From an uncultured Bifidobacteriaceae bacterium (lineage in GTDB: Bacteria > Verrucomicrobiota > Verrucomicrobiia > Limisphaerales > UBA11358), in assembly GCA_964655855.1 (NCBI GenBank), contig CAZZPE010000002.1, positions 89,076 through 153,075 of the forward strand: DNA of 64,000 nucleotides. The letters run 5' to 3'. The translations under genes and the position numbers were made by a program. A model generated the notes under the pieces. It worked only from the letters and a program-made list of their open reading frames with translations. It did not search any database and was not told where the DNA came from. Shown piece after piece: positions 1 to 9,295 of this stretch. The stretch's first letter is position 1; the number at the start of each line of letters is the position of its first letter.

Positions 1-286
1 CGCCAAGCCAATGCTGGTTCGTCAGCGCGAGCAAATAGAGCGAACCGGAAAAAAACACAATGCCCGCCAGGAAACAGCACCACGCGCCGGCGGAAAACGG
101 TTTTCGTCCGGCAAGCAGGAACAGCATCACGGCGTGGATGAAGTGGTAGAACACGGCTTTTTCCCAAATCGCCGCCGTGCCATTTTGCGCGAGGATGTCT
201 TTCAAGCCGTGCGCGCCGAAAGCGCCAAGTGCCACGGCCAGAAATCCGGTCACCGCAGCGACGCGCGTGGCCGTTCCCCCGCTCAT
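1..286 (-). CDS. DUF423 family membrane protein; 3-prime end lies outside the window
   Basis: Minus-strand translation from ATG at 286 reads MSGGTATRVAAVTGFLAVALGAFGAHGLKD...; GAFGAHG motif and hydrophobic helices are typical of DUF423. ATGA start/stop overlap with the upstream gene. Confidence 0.6.
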   Translation of the reverse strand, partial: MSGGTATRVAAVTGFLAVALGAFGAHGLKDILAQNGTAAIWEKAVFYHFIHAVMLFLLAGRKPFSAGAWCCFLAGIVFFSGSLYLLALTNQHWLG

Positions 287-1308
287 TTTGTCGCCGCGTT
301 GGCGTCGGCGCGCTGCTGGAGCTGGCGTTCGAGATAGGTGTCCTCCGGCGCTTCGAGCCAGGCGGTCAGCCAGATGTTGCCGAGCATCTGCCCGGCCTTG
401 ACGAGCTGTCCGTCAAGAAACGGCAGGCCATCCATGCCCTTGCCGGGCTCGCCGGTGAGCTGGCCGTTTTTTTCCAATTCATAAAGCGGCTCGACCAGTT
501 TGTTTTGCTCGACAAGATAATTCACCGCCGCCCGAAAAACCCCGTCCGGCTGATCCGCGTTGGCGATGCGCGCGGCAGGCTGTATTTTTCCGACGAGCGT
601 TTCCACCTTTATCCCGCCGGTTTTTTTGAAATAGCCGCCATCAATCCACGGGTGAAACGTCGTCCGGGTCGTGTAGCCCTTCGGATTGTCGCCAATCCAC
701 CCGTTGAAATGCACCGTCGTGTGGAGTGGCTGGGAACCGTCGCCGACGTAGTGCCCCATCACGCCCATCACATAAATGCAGTCCGCCTGCGCGTTGGCAA
801 TTTCCTCCGGCGTGCCGCCATATTGCCGGAACGCCTTCAGCGAACTGAAATCGGATTTCAACTTCTCGTAGTTCTCCGTGATGGCCCACGGCAAAAATCC
901 GTCCAGCTCGCGCGTGTGGTCGGCGTCCTTGTCCGGATCAATCGGCGGAAACTTTTCGGGATGCGCCGCGCGCGCCCTCGCGATGTCCGCCGCGAAATCG
1001 TAGCGCATCATCGGCAGCGTCTCCGGCGTCAGGTCGTAAAGCTTCAAATCCTCCAAATCAATGTAATGATCCGGGGGATTGAAATTTTTCAACGGCAGAT
1101 CGCCCACGTTCCGCCAGCGGTCCGGCTCGCCCGCCAGAAATTCGATGCGCCCTTTCAACGCGGGCGTCATCTCAAATCCGCCAAAATCCTTCGGCAACGA
1201 CGCCAGCGCCAGCTCGTTGATGGCGTGATGCCCTTCGTAATCCCACGCGCCAGCGCCGAAGGTAAACACGCCAAATGCAGCCGCAACGACAAACAATTTG
1301 CTTTTCAT
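283..1308 (-). CDS. Secreted phospholipase C / S1-P1 nuclease superfamily protein
   Basis: N-terminal signal peptide (MKSKLFVVAAAFGVFTFGAGA), then WDYEGHH, resembling the mature-N-terminal Trp/His zinc ligands of this superfamily. Confidence 0.5.
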   Translation of the reverse strand: MKSKLFVVAAAFGVFTFGAGAWDYEGHHAINELALASLPKDFGGFEMTPALKGRIEFLAGEPDRWRNVGDLPLKNFNPPDHYIDLEDLKLYDLTPETLPMMRYDFAADIARARAAHPEKFPPIDPDKDADHTRELDGFLPWAITENYEKLKSDFSSLKAFRQYGGTPEEIANAQADCIYVMGVMGHYVGDGSQPLHTTVHFNGWIGDNPKGYTTRTTFHPWIDGGYFKKTGGIKVETLVGKIQPAARIANADQPDGVFRAAVNYLVEQNKLVEPLYELEKNGQLTGEPGKGMDGLPFLDGQLVKAGQMLGNIWLTAWLEAPEDTYLERQLQQRADANAATK

Positions 1309-1352
1309 AATTTATTCCTGCCGAATCTTTTGCTAACGATGGTTGCGGCGCA

Positions 1353-2216
1353 ATGAAAATCATCACCGACGAACGCTGCACCGGCTATTCGCACGAGGGC
1401 CATCCCGAACGGCCGGAGCGAATCAGCAGCGCCGTCGAGCGGCTGAAAAGCCAGACGGAACTGCAACTCCGCTGGACCGGGCCGGGCCGGGCGGAAGACG
1501 CGCAAATTCTCCGCGCCCACTCGCCGGAACTCCTGGCGCGCCTGCAAATCCCGCGCGATTTCGACGACGATACCCCGTTTTGCGAAAACATCGCCGGCTT
1601 TGCGCGCACGGCCGTCGCCGCCGCGCTCGACGCGCTGAAAGCCGCGCGCGCCGGTGAAAATGTCTTCAGCCTCATGCGCCCGCCCGGCCATCACGCCACG
1701 CGCGACCACGCGATGGGTTTTTGCTACCTGAACAACACCGCCATCGCCGTGCTCGAAGCCCTGGCAACCGGAACAAAACGCGTCGCCGTTTTCGATTTCG
1801 ACGTGCATCACGGCAACGGCACGGAAGCCATTTTGCTGGACCGGCCCGGCTGCGCGGTTTTCTCCGTCCACCAGTTCCCCTGCTTTCCCGGCACCGGCGC
1901 GGCGAATGCCGGGACAAACTCCTTCAATTATCCCGTCGCGCCGGACACGCCGCGCGAATCGTATCGCGCCACACTTGCCCGTTCGCTCGGCAATTTGAAA
2001 AATTTCCGACCTGACCTCGTCGCCGTGTCCGCCGGTTTTGACGCCTGCGCGCACGACCCGCTGGCCAACGGCACTTTGCTGGCGGAGGATTTTCATTGGA
2101 TCGGCCGGTCGCTGCGCGAACTGGGCCTGCCGTTCTTCAGCCTGCTCGAAGGCGGTTACAGCCACGACCTGCCGGAACTCATTTTTGCCTATCTCAAAGG
2201 GATTGAAGGAAAATAG
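1353..2216 (+). CDS. Histone deacetylase-family amidohydrolase
   Basis: Motifs RPPGHHA and FDFDVHHGNGTE, with the C-terminal EGGY of class HDAC/AcuC enzymes. Confidence 0.85.
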   Translation: MKIITDERCTGYSHEGHPERPERISSAVERLKSQTELQLRWTGPGRAEDAQILRAHSPELLARLQIPRDFDDDTPFCENIAGFARTAVAAALDALKAARAGENVFSLMRPPGHHATRDHAMGFCYLNNTAIAVLEALATGTKRVAVFDFDVHHGNGTEAILLDRPGCAVFSVHQFPCFPGTGAANAGTNSFNYPVAPDTPRESYRATLARSLGNLKNFRPDLVAVSAGFDACAHDPLANGTLLAEDFHWIGRSLRELGLPFFSLLEGGYSHDLPELIFAYLKGIEGK

Positions 2217-2237
2217 TTTTTTTGGCAGGCTCGGCTT

Positions 2238-2786
2238 GTGAATTCGCCAGCCATTCTCATTCCCACCGAACGCATTGAACGCAGCATCCTTTTGATTCGC
2301 GGCGAGAAAGTCATGCTCGACGCCGACTTGGCGGAGATTTATGGCGTTGAAACCAAAGTTTTGAATCAAGCCGTCAAACGGAATGCCACCCGTTTCCCGG
2401 AAGATTTCATGTTTCAATTGACGGAAAGGGAGAAAATGGAGGTGGTCACAAATTGTGACCACCTCGTCCGAATCAAGTTTTCGCCGCATCTCCCCTTCGC
2501 CTTCACCGAACACGGCGCGTTGATGCTGGCAAACGTCCTGAACAGCGAACGCGCTGCGCTGACCAGTGTGCAAGTCGTCCGCGCCTTCGTGCGGCTGCGG
2601 CAGATGCTCGCCTCCAACGCCGAACTTTCCCGCAAGCTCGCCGCCTTGGAGAACAAATACGACGCACAATTCAAGATTGTGTTCGACGCCATCCGCCAGT
2701 TGATGACGCCACCCGAACCTAAACGCCGCGAAATTGGATTTCATGTCAAATATGACGACGACAAACCGAAGGCGAAAAAACCATGA
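2238..2786 (+). CDS. ORF6N domain protein (KilA-N-related DNA-binding domain)
   Basis: IRGEKVMLDADLAEIYGVETKVLNQAVKRNATRFPEDFMFQLT is the hallmark ORF6N N-terminal signature. GTG start; 4-nt overlap with the prmC start. Confidence 0.7.
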   Translation: MNSPAILIPTERIERSILLIRGEKVMLDADLAEIYGVETKVLNQAVKRNATRFPEDFMFQLTEREKMEVVTNCDHLVRIKFSPHLPFAFTEHGALMLANVLNSERAALTSVQVVRAFVRLRQMLASNAELSRKLAALENKYDAQFKIVFDAIRQLMTPPEPKRREIGFHVKYDDDKPKAKKP

Positions 2787-3691
2787 CCGTTCTTGAGGCG
2801 ATACAAAAGAGCGCGGATTTCCTTGGCAAAAAAGGCGCCGAGCCGCCGCGCCTGCAGGCCGAATTGCTCCTCGCGCACGCGCTCAAGCTGCCGCGGATGA
2901 AGTTGTATTTGAACTTCGATCGCGTGCTGACACCGGCGGAAATGGACGCGCTGCGCGAACTCGTCAAACGCCGCGGCCAGCGCGAGCCGCTCCAGCACAT
3001 CGTCGGCTCAACCTCTTTTTGCGGTTGTGAAATCGCCGTGAACCGCCACGCCCTCGTGCCGCGGCCGGAAACGGAACTGCTCGCCGAACTCGGCTGGCAA
3101 TTTCTTAATTCAATTTGGGAGGGTCGCCGTGTCGGCGACCCAAATTCAGGGACGGCGACACGCCGTCCCTCCCAAACCAGTGTCCCTACCGCCCTAGACT
3201 TCGGCACAGGCACCGGCTGCATCGCCATCGCGCTCGCGACAAAATGTGCAACAGCTCAAATTCTCGCCACGGACATCTCTGCGGAAGCGCTTGCCTTGGC
3301 GAAAGAAAATGCAGCACGAAACCAAGTTGCAGAACAGATTGAATTTCTGCAAAGCGACGGCTTTGCCACGCTGCCGAAAAGTGAACGCTTCGATTTGATC
3401 ATCAGTAATCCGCCTTACATTCCGTCCGCCGAAATTGCCACGCTCCAGCCGGAGGTCCGCGATTTTGATCCGCGCGCCGCGCTCGACGGCGGCGCGGACG
3501 GGCTGGATTTCTACCGGAAGCTTGCGGCGGAGGCGAAGCCGTTCCTCAAGCCGGATGGGAAAATTATGCTGGAATTCGGTGACGGCCAGGCGGAGGCAGT
3601 CAAGGCCGTTTTTGAAAATGAAAAGTGGATTGTCGAGGCGGTGCAGGAGGATTACAGTCAACGCGAAAGAATTTTGATTGCTCGATATTAA
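2783..3691 (+). CDS. prmC: Release factor glutamine N5-methyltransferase
   Basis: HemK architecture: PRPETE, SAM motif LDFGTGTGCIA, catalytic NPPY (ISNPPYIP). Carries an in-frame repeat insertion at 3114-3176. Confidence 0.85.
   Translation: MTVLEAIQKSADFLGKKGAEPPRLQAELLLAHALKLPRMKLYLNFDRVLTPAEMDALRELVKRRGQREPLQHIVGSTSFCGCEIAVNRHALVPRPETELLAELGWQFLNSIWEGRRVGDPNSGTATRRPSQTSVPTALDFGTGTGCIAIALATKCATAQILATDISAEALALAKENAARNQVAEQIEFLQSDGFATLPKSERFDLIISNPPYIPSAEIATLQPEVRDFDPRAALDGGADGLDFYRKLAAEAKPFLKPDGKIMLEFGDGQAEAVKAVFENEKWIVEAVQEDYSQRERILIARY
3114..3176. repeat. 63-bp double-hairpin palindromic element inside prmC (family A)
   Basis: tttgggag-[gggtcgccg tgt cggcgaccc]-aaattc-[agggacggcg aca cgccgtccct]-cccaaa. 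Two perfect stem-loops closed by a tttggg/cccaaa outer stem. Same architecture as 15377-15421 and 63365-63420. Confidence 0.8.
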
Positions 3692-3695
3692 ATTC

Positions 3696-3780
3696 AACGC
3701 AAAGACGCAAAGATGCCAAGACGCAGAGTTTAGAGAATTCCATTTTTCTCCGCGACTTTGCTCCTTTGCTTCTTTGCGTT
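3696..3780. repeat. Long inverted repeat of aacgcaaag/ctttgcgtt type (family D), between prmC and murA
   Basis: Left arm aacgcaaagacgcaaagatgccaagacgcagag pairs with right arm ctccgcgactttgctcctttgcttctttgcgtt. Related copies at 27624-27708, 30463-30492 (half) and 57530-57596. Confidence 0.75.
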
Positions 3781-3787
3781 AACAATC

Positions 3788-5050
3788 ATGGAAAGTTTTT
3801 TGATCAAAGGCGGCGTGCCATTGCACGGCGAAGTGGAAATCAGCGGCAGCAAAAACGCCGCGCTTCCCATCATGGCGGCAACGCTGCTGACGGATGAACC
3901 GTGCGTCATCCGGCGTGTGCCGGACTTGAGCGACACGCGGTTCATGGCGCAAATCCTCGCCTCGCTCGGCGCGTCAGCCAAGCTTGCTGACGGCACGCTC
4001 ATCGTTCGGGCGAAAAAAATCCGCGGCTACGCGGATTATGAACTGGTGCGGAAGATGCGTGGTTCGATTTGCATCGCCGGACCGCTGCTGGGCCGGCTGC
4101 ACCGGGCGCGGATTTCGCTACCCGGCGGCTGCATCATCGGCGCGCGGCCCATCAATCTGCACTTGAAAGGCTTCGAGGCGCTCGGCGCAAAAATCAAAAT
4201 CGAGGGTGGCTATGTGGACGCGACAGCGAGGAAACTTTGCGGCGCACCGATGTTTCTCGGCGGACGCGCCGGCTCGACGGTGCTCGGCACGGCGAACGTG
4301 ATGATGGCGGCAGCGCTGGCCGACGGCGTCACAGTCATCGAAAGCGCGGCGTGTGAGCCGGAGGTCGTGGATTTGGCGCAGTTTCTGTGCGCGATGGGCG
4401 CGAAAATTTTCGGCGCGGGCAGCCCAACCATCACCGTCACCGGCGTCAAGAAATTGCATGGCGCGGAGCACGAGGTTATTCCCGACCGGATTGAAGCGGC
4501 GACGTTTGCCATCGCCGCCGCCGCGACGAACGGCGAAATCACCATCCACGGCGCGCGAGCGGATCACCTGCGGGCGGTATTTGACAAATTGAACGAGGCG
4601 GGCGTGAGCGTTCAAAAGCGCGGCTCAAATCTAGTCGTTCGGCGAAAGGGAAAATTGAAACCGTCGGACGTGACGACGCTGCCGTATTCCGGTTTTCCGA
4701 CAGACGTGCAGGCGCAGATGACGGCGCTGTTCACGCAGGCGCCGGGCATCAGCATCATCACCGAGCGGATTTTCGAGTCGCGCTTCATGCACGTGAGCGA
4801 GCTGGCGCGGCTGGGCGCGGACATCGAGATCGAGGGACCGAGCGCGATTGTGAAGGGCGGGCGGCCGTTGAGCGGCGCGCCGGTGATGGCGAGCGATTTG
4901 CGCGCGTCGGCGGCGCTGGTGATTGCCGGGCTGGCGGCCAAGGGCACGACGCAGGTGAACCGGATTTACCATCTGGACCGCGGCTACGAGCGGATGGACG
5001 CCAAGTTGCGGAAGCTCGGCGCGCGGATTCAGCGCGTCGAGGAGAAATGA
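3788..5050 (+). CDS. murA: UDP-N-acetylglucosamine 1-carboxyvinyltransferase
   Basis: MESFLIKGGVPLHGEVEISGSKNAALPIMAA... and full-length EPSP/MurA-fold similarity. Start moved to the ATG at 3788, just past the family D repeat. Confidence 0.9.
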   Translation: MESFLIKGGVPLHGEVEISGSKNAALPIMAATLLTDEPCVIRRVPDLSDTRFMAQILASLGASAKLADGTLIVRAKKIRGYADYELVRKMRGSICIAGPLLGRLHRARISLPGGCIIGARPINLHLKGFEALGAKIKIEGGYVDATARKLCGAPMFLGGRAGSTVLGTANVMMAAALADGVTVIESAACEPEVVDLAQFLCAMGAKIFGAGSPTITVTGVKKLHGAEHEVIPDRIEAATFAIAAAATNGEITIHGARADHLRAVFDKLNEAGVSVQKRGSNLVVRRKGKLKPSDVTTLPYSGFPTDVQAQMTALFTQAPGISIITERIFESRFMHVSELARLGADIEIEGPSAIVKGGRPLSGAPVMASDLRASAALVIAGLAAKGTTQVNRIYHLDRGYERMDAKLRKLGARIQRVEEK

Positions 5051-5189
5051 ATTTTGTGGATCGCGCTCCGGAGGTTATTTCCCGGAAACAAAAGAGCGCG
5101 CGAGCAGCCGTTGGCGCGGGCGCGAATAATTTCGCCCGCGCAAACGGCTCCCCGCACGCGCATTGCTTCCGTTTCAAACTGGTGCGTTT

Positions 5190-5525
5190 TCATGCGGCGA
5201 CGAGTTCGCGGCTGTCCGCGTAAATGCGCGTTTGCCGTTCGACTTGGCGCACGGCAGCGGCGGTTTTTTCCTCGAACAGCACCGGGAACACCAGCAGCGG
5301 GTAAAACGTCACCCACGCCAGCGCGGCGGCTTCGTTGGCCGCGCGCCGCAGCGGAGTGTTCAACTCCGGCGTCGCCCCGGCCAGTTGCTCGGTGAGGAGC
5401 CTGGTTTTGAGCCGCTCGAACTCGGTTTCCCGGGTCGCGCGGAACGGCGCGGGCGGCGCGGGCCGCAGCTCAAAGCGCGTTTCGGGGCCGAACTCGGCCG
5501 GCACCCTTGTTTTGTTTATGTTCAT
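5190..5525 (-). CDS. Hypothetical protein
   Basis: 111-aa ORF in a gene-free gap. No recognisable motif. Confidence 0.35.
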   Translation of the reverse strand: MNINKTRVPAEFGPETRFELRPAPPAPFRATRETEFERLKTRLLTEQLAGATPELNTPLRRAANEAAALAWVTFYPLLVFPVLFEEKTAAAVRQVERQTRIYADSRELVAA

Positions 5526-5561
5526 GTCTTTCCTTTCATTTTGGTTTTGGCTTGAAAACAG

Positions 5562-5600
5562 AAAACCCGCGATTGACTTGGCAATCGCGGGTTCCTGAAA
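5562..5600 (-). terminator. Rho-independent terminator candidate
   Basis: Minus strand reads aacccgcgattg-ccaagtc-aatcgcgggtt followed by ttctgttttc. Confidence 0.55.
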
Positions 5601-5613
5601 ATCGTTCGCTCGT

Positions 5614-5724
5614 TTAGAATTTCAACCCCACGATGCCCGATGGACGGGAGCCGCGCTGCCAGTTGGCCATGCAGCCAATGACCGGCGCGTGCTTCAGCAT
5701 CTTGATTGCAAACGTGGTTCTCAT
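5614..5724 (-). CDS. Candidate 36-aa small protein
   Basis: ATG at 5724 to TAA at 5614 gives MRTTFAIKMLKHAPVIGCMANWQRGSRPSGIVGLKF. Followed about 15 nt later by the terminator hairpin. No obvious Shine-Dalgarno. Confidence 0.25.
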   Translation of the reverse strand: MRTTFAIKMLKHAPVIGCMANWQRGSRPSGIVGLKF

Positions 5725-5830
5725 GTTTAACCGGCGATAAGAAACACCATTTCTTTCCATTTGTCAAAGTGTTTTTGCGGGGAAAAAATGCGTTGTCGGA
5801 TGCCCAAGGGGTGCTAAATTAACTCAAAGC

Positions 5831-6832
5831 ATGAGCGAACAATTACGAATGGTCACCTGCGGCTGGTGTGAGACGAAGGTTTTCATCCCCGGCGATTTGC
5901 AGCCGCTGGGCACGGTGCCCTGCACCAAATGCGGCCATCCCATTATGATGCCGATGATGCTGCGGCAATTCGAGCTGCGGAGCATCATCGGGTCGGGCGG
6001 CATGGGCACGGTGTATCGCGCCTGGGACACCACACTGGAACGCATGGTGGCGGTGAAGCTGATGAAGAAGGAGCTGCTCCAGGATACGAAGGCGCTGGAG
6101 GCTTTTTACCGCGAGGCCCGCGCCTGCGCACGGTTGAACCACACGAACATCGTCCACCTCTACACGTTCGACGAATGGGAAGGACAGCAATATCTCGTCA
6201 TGGAGCTGGCCGACCGCGGCAGCCTGGACGCGCGCATCGAAAAATTGCGCCTGCTGCCCGAACTCGACGTGCTCGACATCGGCATCAAAATCGCCTCCGC
6301 GCTCGACATGGCGCTCAAATACGACCTGCTCCACCGCGACATCAAGCCGGGCAACATCCTCTTCAACGCCGACCACGAGCCGAAGCTCATTGATTTCGGC
6401 CTCGCGCGCAAAGCCGACGTGGAACACGAAGTCGAAGACGTGACTTGGGGCACGCCATATTATGTCGCGCCGGAAAAAATCAAGCGCGAGCCGGAAACTT
6501 TTTTGTCCGACATGTATAGCCTCGGCGCGACGTTGTATCACGCGATGACCGGCCATGTGCCATTCGACGCGCCGACCATTGAGGAGGTCATCGTCGCCCA
6601 GGTCAACACACCGCTGACACCGCCAAATCTGGTCGTGCCGGAAATCACTCAGCCGGCAAGTGACGCGCTGGTGAAGGTGCTGGCTAAAAATCCGGGAGAC
6701 CGCTACTTGAGCTACGATGAATTTATCATGACCCTCGAAGCGGCGCGCAGCCTGTTGCTACGGCAACAATCCCAGTTCCCGCAGACCCAGCAAAAATCGA
6801 AGGGGCTGACCAGTTGGTGGAAACGGCAATAA
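5831..6832 (+). CDS. Ser/Thr protein kinase with N-terminal zinc ribbon
   Basis: CGWC...CTKC ribbon, then Hanks kinase motifs GSGGMGTVY, VAVK, HRDIKPGNILF, DFGLAR, GTPYYVAPE. Confidence 0.85.
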   Translation: MSEQLRMVTCGWCETKVFIPGDLQPLGTVPCTKCGHPIMMPMMLRQFELRSIIGSGGMGTVYRAWDTTLERMVAVKLMKKELLQDTKALEAFYREARACARLNHTNIVHLYTFDEWEGQQYLVMELADRGSLDARIEKLRLLPELDVLDIGIKIASALDMALKYDLLHRDIKPGNILFNADHEPKLIDFGLARKADVEHEVEDVTWGTPYYVAPEKIKREPETFLSDMYSLGATLYHAMTGHVPFDAPTIEEVIVAQVNTPLTPPNLVVPEITQPASDALVKVLAKNPGDRYLSYDEFIMTLEAARSLLLRQQSQFPQTQQKSKGLTSWWKRQ

Positions 6833-6934
6833 ACGCGATCGCCAGCGCGACCGGGTGTCCTTGACTGGAAAACTTACCGGTTGGGTTTTATCGGGGAACA
6901 GGCATTGGAAGCCGCAAACCGGTTCCGGCGGTTT

Positions 6935-7447
6935 CTACCATGCGCCTTCGGTCAGCAGTTCTGTGATGTTGCGCGCCAGATCCTCCGCCAGCAGCGGCGT
7001 TGACTGGCGCTCGGAGTCTGCCAAATCCGTTCCCACCTGGACAAGCGTGTAGCCTTTCACATTTTTGTCGAGCAACACCTTGCCCGTGGCGCGGTCGCGC
7101 GCCGTGACGTGCGCGGTGAGTTCCACGCGGTAATTCTCCGCCGTCGTGACATCCGTCCGCAAAAAGCTCACGCCTTCGCGGCGATAGCTGGCTATCACGC
7201 CGGTGACGACGACATCGCCGGGATCGCGGGTGGCGAGGCGATAGGTGCCGTCGGTCTGCATCCGCTCGCGCAGCGCCTGCGTCACCGCGTCGCCCAGGCG
7301 CGGCTGCAGTGTCTGGTTGTTGAAGGGAACGATCTCAACGGATTTTTCACCGGCGACCACACCGTTGACCGGTCCGAGGTGGTAGCCGGCACAACCGGCG
7401 GACAAAAACGCCGACACGCAAATCGCAAAAAAAATCAGCGGGCGCAT
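6935..7447 (-). CDS. LptE-like LPS-assembly lipoprotein
   Basis: Start set at MRPLIFFAICVSAFLSAGC (lipobox LSAGC). About 170 aa, with LptE-like pattern (VPFNNQT...PRLGDAVTQALRE). Sits directly downstream of a BamD-like gene. Confidence 0.5.
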   Translation of the reverse strand: MRPLIFFAICVSAFLSAGCAGYHLGPVNGVVAGEKSVEIVPFNNQTLQPRLGDAVTQALRERMQTDGTYRLATRDPGDVVVTGVIASYRREGVSFLRTDVTTAENYRVELTAHVTARDRATGKVLLDKNVKGYTLVQVGTDLADSERQSTPLLAEDLARNITELLTEGAW

Positions 7448-7448
7448 T

Positions 7449-8456
7449 TCAACTGGCGGGCGGGTTGGGGACGCGCTGCTTGAGTTGTTCGATGCGCTGG
7501 CGCGCCTGCGCGGCGAACGGCGAGTTGGGGTCGAGCTGCAACACCTGGTTGTAATAAACCAGCGCCCCAACACGCCTTTGCTCCGCGTTCAAAACCTTGT
7601 TCTGCTCGTAAAACTGCGCAATCCTGAAATTGCCCTCCACCTGCTGCATCTTGAGCGCGATGATCGCCTTCTGCGCGTCCGGCACGCGCTTGTCATCGGG
7701 GAACAGCGTGAGGAAATCCGTGTAGGCCGCGATGGCCTGCGCGGCGGTGCCCTGGTCATATTCGGCGGTGGACGCCTGCTTTTGATACGACAAGCCTTCG
7801 CGGTAAAGCGCGTCGGCGGCAATGACCGGCTGGTTGTAGTAGCGGTCGGCGGCGGTGGCATAGGCCTTCACCGCGTCGGGATAATCCTTCTGCTTCTCGC
7901 GCGCCGCACCGATGCGCAATTGCGCATGCGGCGCAACGTCGCTGAAAGGCCCGTTGGTGACAATGGTGCTGAACAGCTTGGCCGTTTCATCCATCGAGCG
8001 GTAAAGCGGGATGGTGCCCCACAGCCTGAAAAATTCACCGCCAAGAAAACGGTTGGCAATTTCATACTGACGCCACAGCACGTCTTCGTAACTTTCGCTG
8101 TGCGGATACTTGTTGATGATGGCCTCATAGGCTTTGAACGCCGCCTCGTCCTTGCCCGATGTTTCGAGGCAGCGGCCGATGAGATATTCGGCGCGCGGCG
8201 CATAATCCGAAAGCGGCCACACCCGCACGATGCGATGCGCCGCATGGAGCGTCACATTGTAATTTTTGTTGGTAAACGCCTGCTCCGCCACCTCCAGCTG
8301 CTCCTTGGCGCGCGGTCGCTGCCAGTTCGCCTTCTGGCCGTAAGGCTCATAATACCAGCCCTCGCCCGGAGTGTAATACAACGGTGCCGGCGAGCGGAAC
8401 GGCAGCAGCATCGCGCCCGCAATCAACAACAGCAAAAAAACGAACCGGCGGTTCAT
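7449..8456 (-). CDS. BamD/YfiO-like TPR outer-membrane assembly protein
   Basis: Signal-like N-terminus (MNRRFVFLLLLIAGAMLL), then repeated TPR-like helices. Start chosen at the internal ATG at 8456. Confidence 0.5.
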   Translation of the reverse strand: MNRRFVFLLLLIAGAMLLPFRSPAPLYYTPGEGWYYEPYGQKANWQRPRAKEQLEVAEQAFTNKNYNVTLHAAHRIVRVWPLSDYAPRAEYLIGRCLETSGKDEAAFKAYEAIINKYPHSESYEDVLWRQYEIANRFLGGEFFRLWGTIPLYRSMDETAKLFSTIVTNGPFSDVAPHAQLRIGAAREKQKDYPDAVKAYATAADRYYNQPVIAADALYREGLSYQKQASTAEYDQGTAAQAIAAYTDFLTLFPDDKRVPDAQKAIIALKMQQVEGNFRIAQFYEQNKVLNAEQRRVGALVYYNQVLQLDPNSPFAAQARQRIEQLKQRVPNPPAS

Positions 8457-8507
8457 GCGGCGAAAGTAACGGGCTGGAATCGGCAAGTCAAGACGGGCAA
8501 ATTGAAA

Positions 8508-9014
8508 TCAGCCCCGGTAAATGATCACCAGCCCGTAATCCGTCATCACTTTCTGGGTTTGCACGTCAAAGTGCTCGTAACTGATGGTGTGGACGCTGAT
8601 GATGTTGTGCTCGCCGACCTCCGCCAGACTTTTTGAGACGATCTCGTCAAACTTGTCATGACCGGCGTCAATGCACTTGTCATGGCGCACGGTCCGCACG
8701 CGAATCTGCTTGTCCGCGCCCTTGGCGACGGCTTCGAGCGGCACGGCCGCTTTTTTGATGAGACTTTCGCCGGACGTGGCCCGCACCGGCACCTTGAGAT
8801 GGAATTCCACCTTGGCGGCGGCGGACGACGCCATGGCGCTGGGCGCGAGGCTCGGCGCGCTGACTTCCTCGGACGCGGCTGGAGCGGGTTTCCCGTTTTT
8901 TTCGGGAATGGTGATGTTTTCACCGCAAGTGGGGCATGGGATTTCCGAACCGGCGCCTGCGGCATCCACGGACAGTTCCTGACTGCAATTGGGGCAGTTG
9001 AAGATGATTTCCAT
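8508..9014 (-). CDS. Zinc-ribbon domain protein, function unknown
   Basis: N-terminal CPNC...CPTC ribbon, Ala/Pro/Ser-rich linker, about 90-aa C-terminal domain. Confidence 0.5.
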   Translation of the reverse strand: MEIIFNCPNCSQELSVDAAGAGSEIPCPTCGENITIPEKNGKPAPAASEEVSAPSLAPSAMASSAAAKVEFHLKVPVRATSGESLIKKAAVPLEAVAKGADKQIRVRTVRHDKCIDAGHDKFDEIVSKSLAEVGEHNIISVHTISYEHFDVQTQKVMTDYGLVIIYRG

Positions 9015-9295
9015 AAGTGTGATTTGGGTTGACTATGCCCACAGATTATCACCAAAGAGTTTTGAAACCAGTAAAAAAATCGCGGAAATTGCAAATTCCC
9101 ACCGGTCAAGGAAATCACAACGCCCGCTCACTGCATTCGATTTTCCGGCCGGAACTGTGGCATCGGAGACTGGGGAGAATCGCCCTTCGCCGTCCAAACA
9201 ATCCAACCCGGCTGGAACAAATGAAAAGCCGCTTTCCTTATCGAAAGACAAGAAAAACGGCTTTCAGTTCAGATCGAAACTTTCAGGAACAACAA

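Noticed and set aside
2238-2786. ORF6N gene as a sign of a prophage or integrated element between the HDAC gene and prmC
   Set aside because: It is a single gene translationally coupled to prmC. No integrase, att-like repeats or other phage genes are present.
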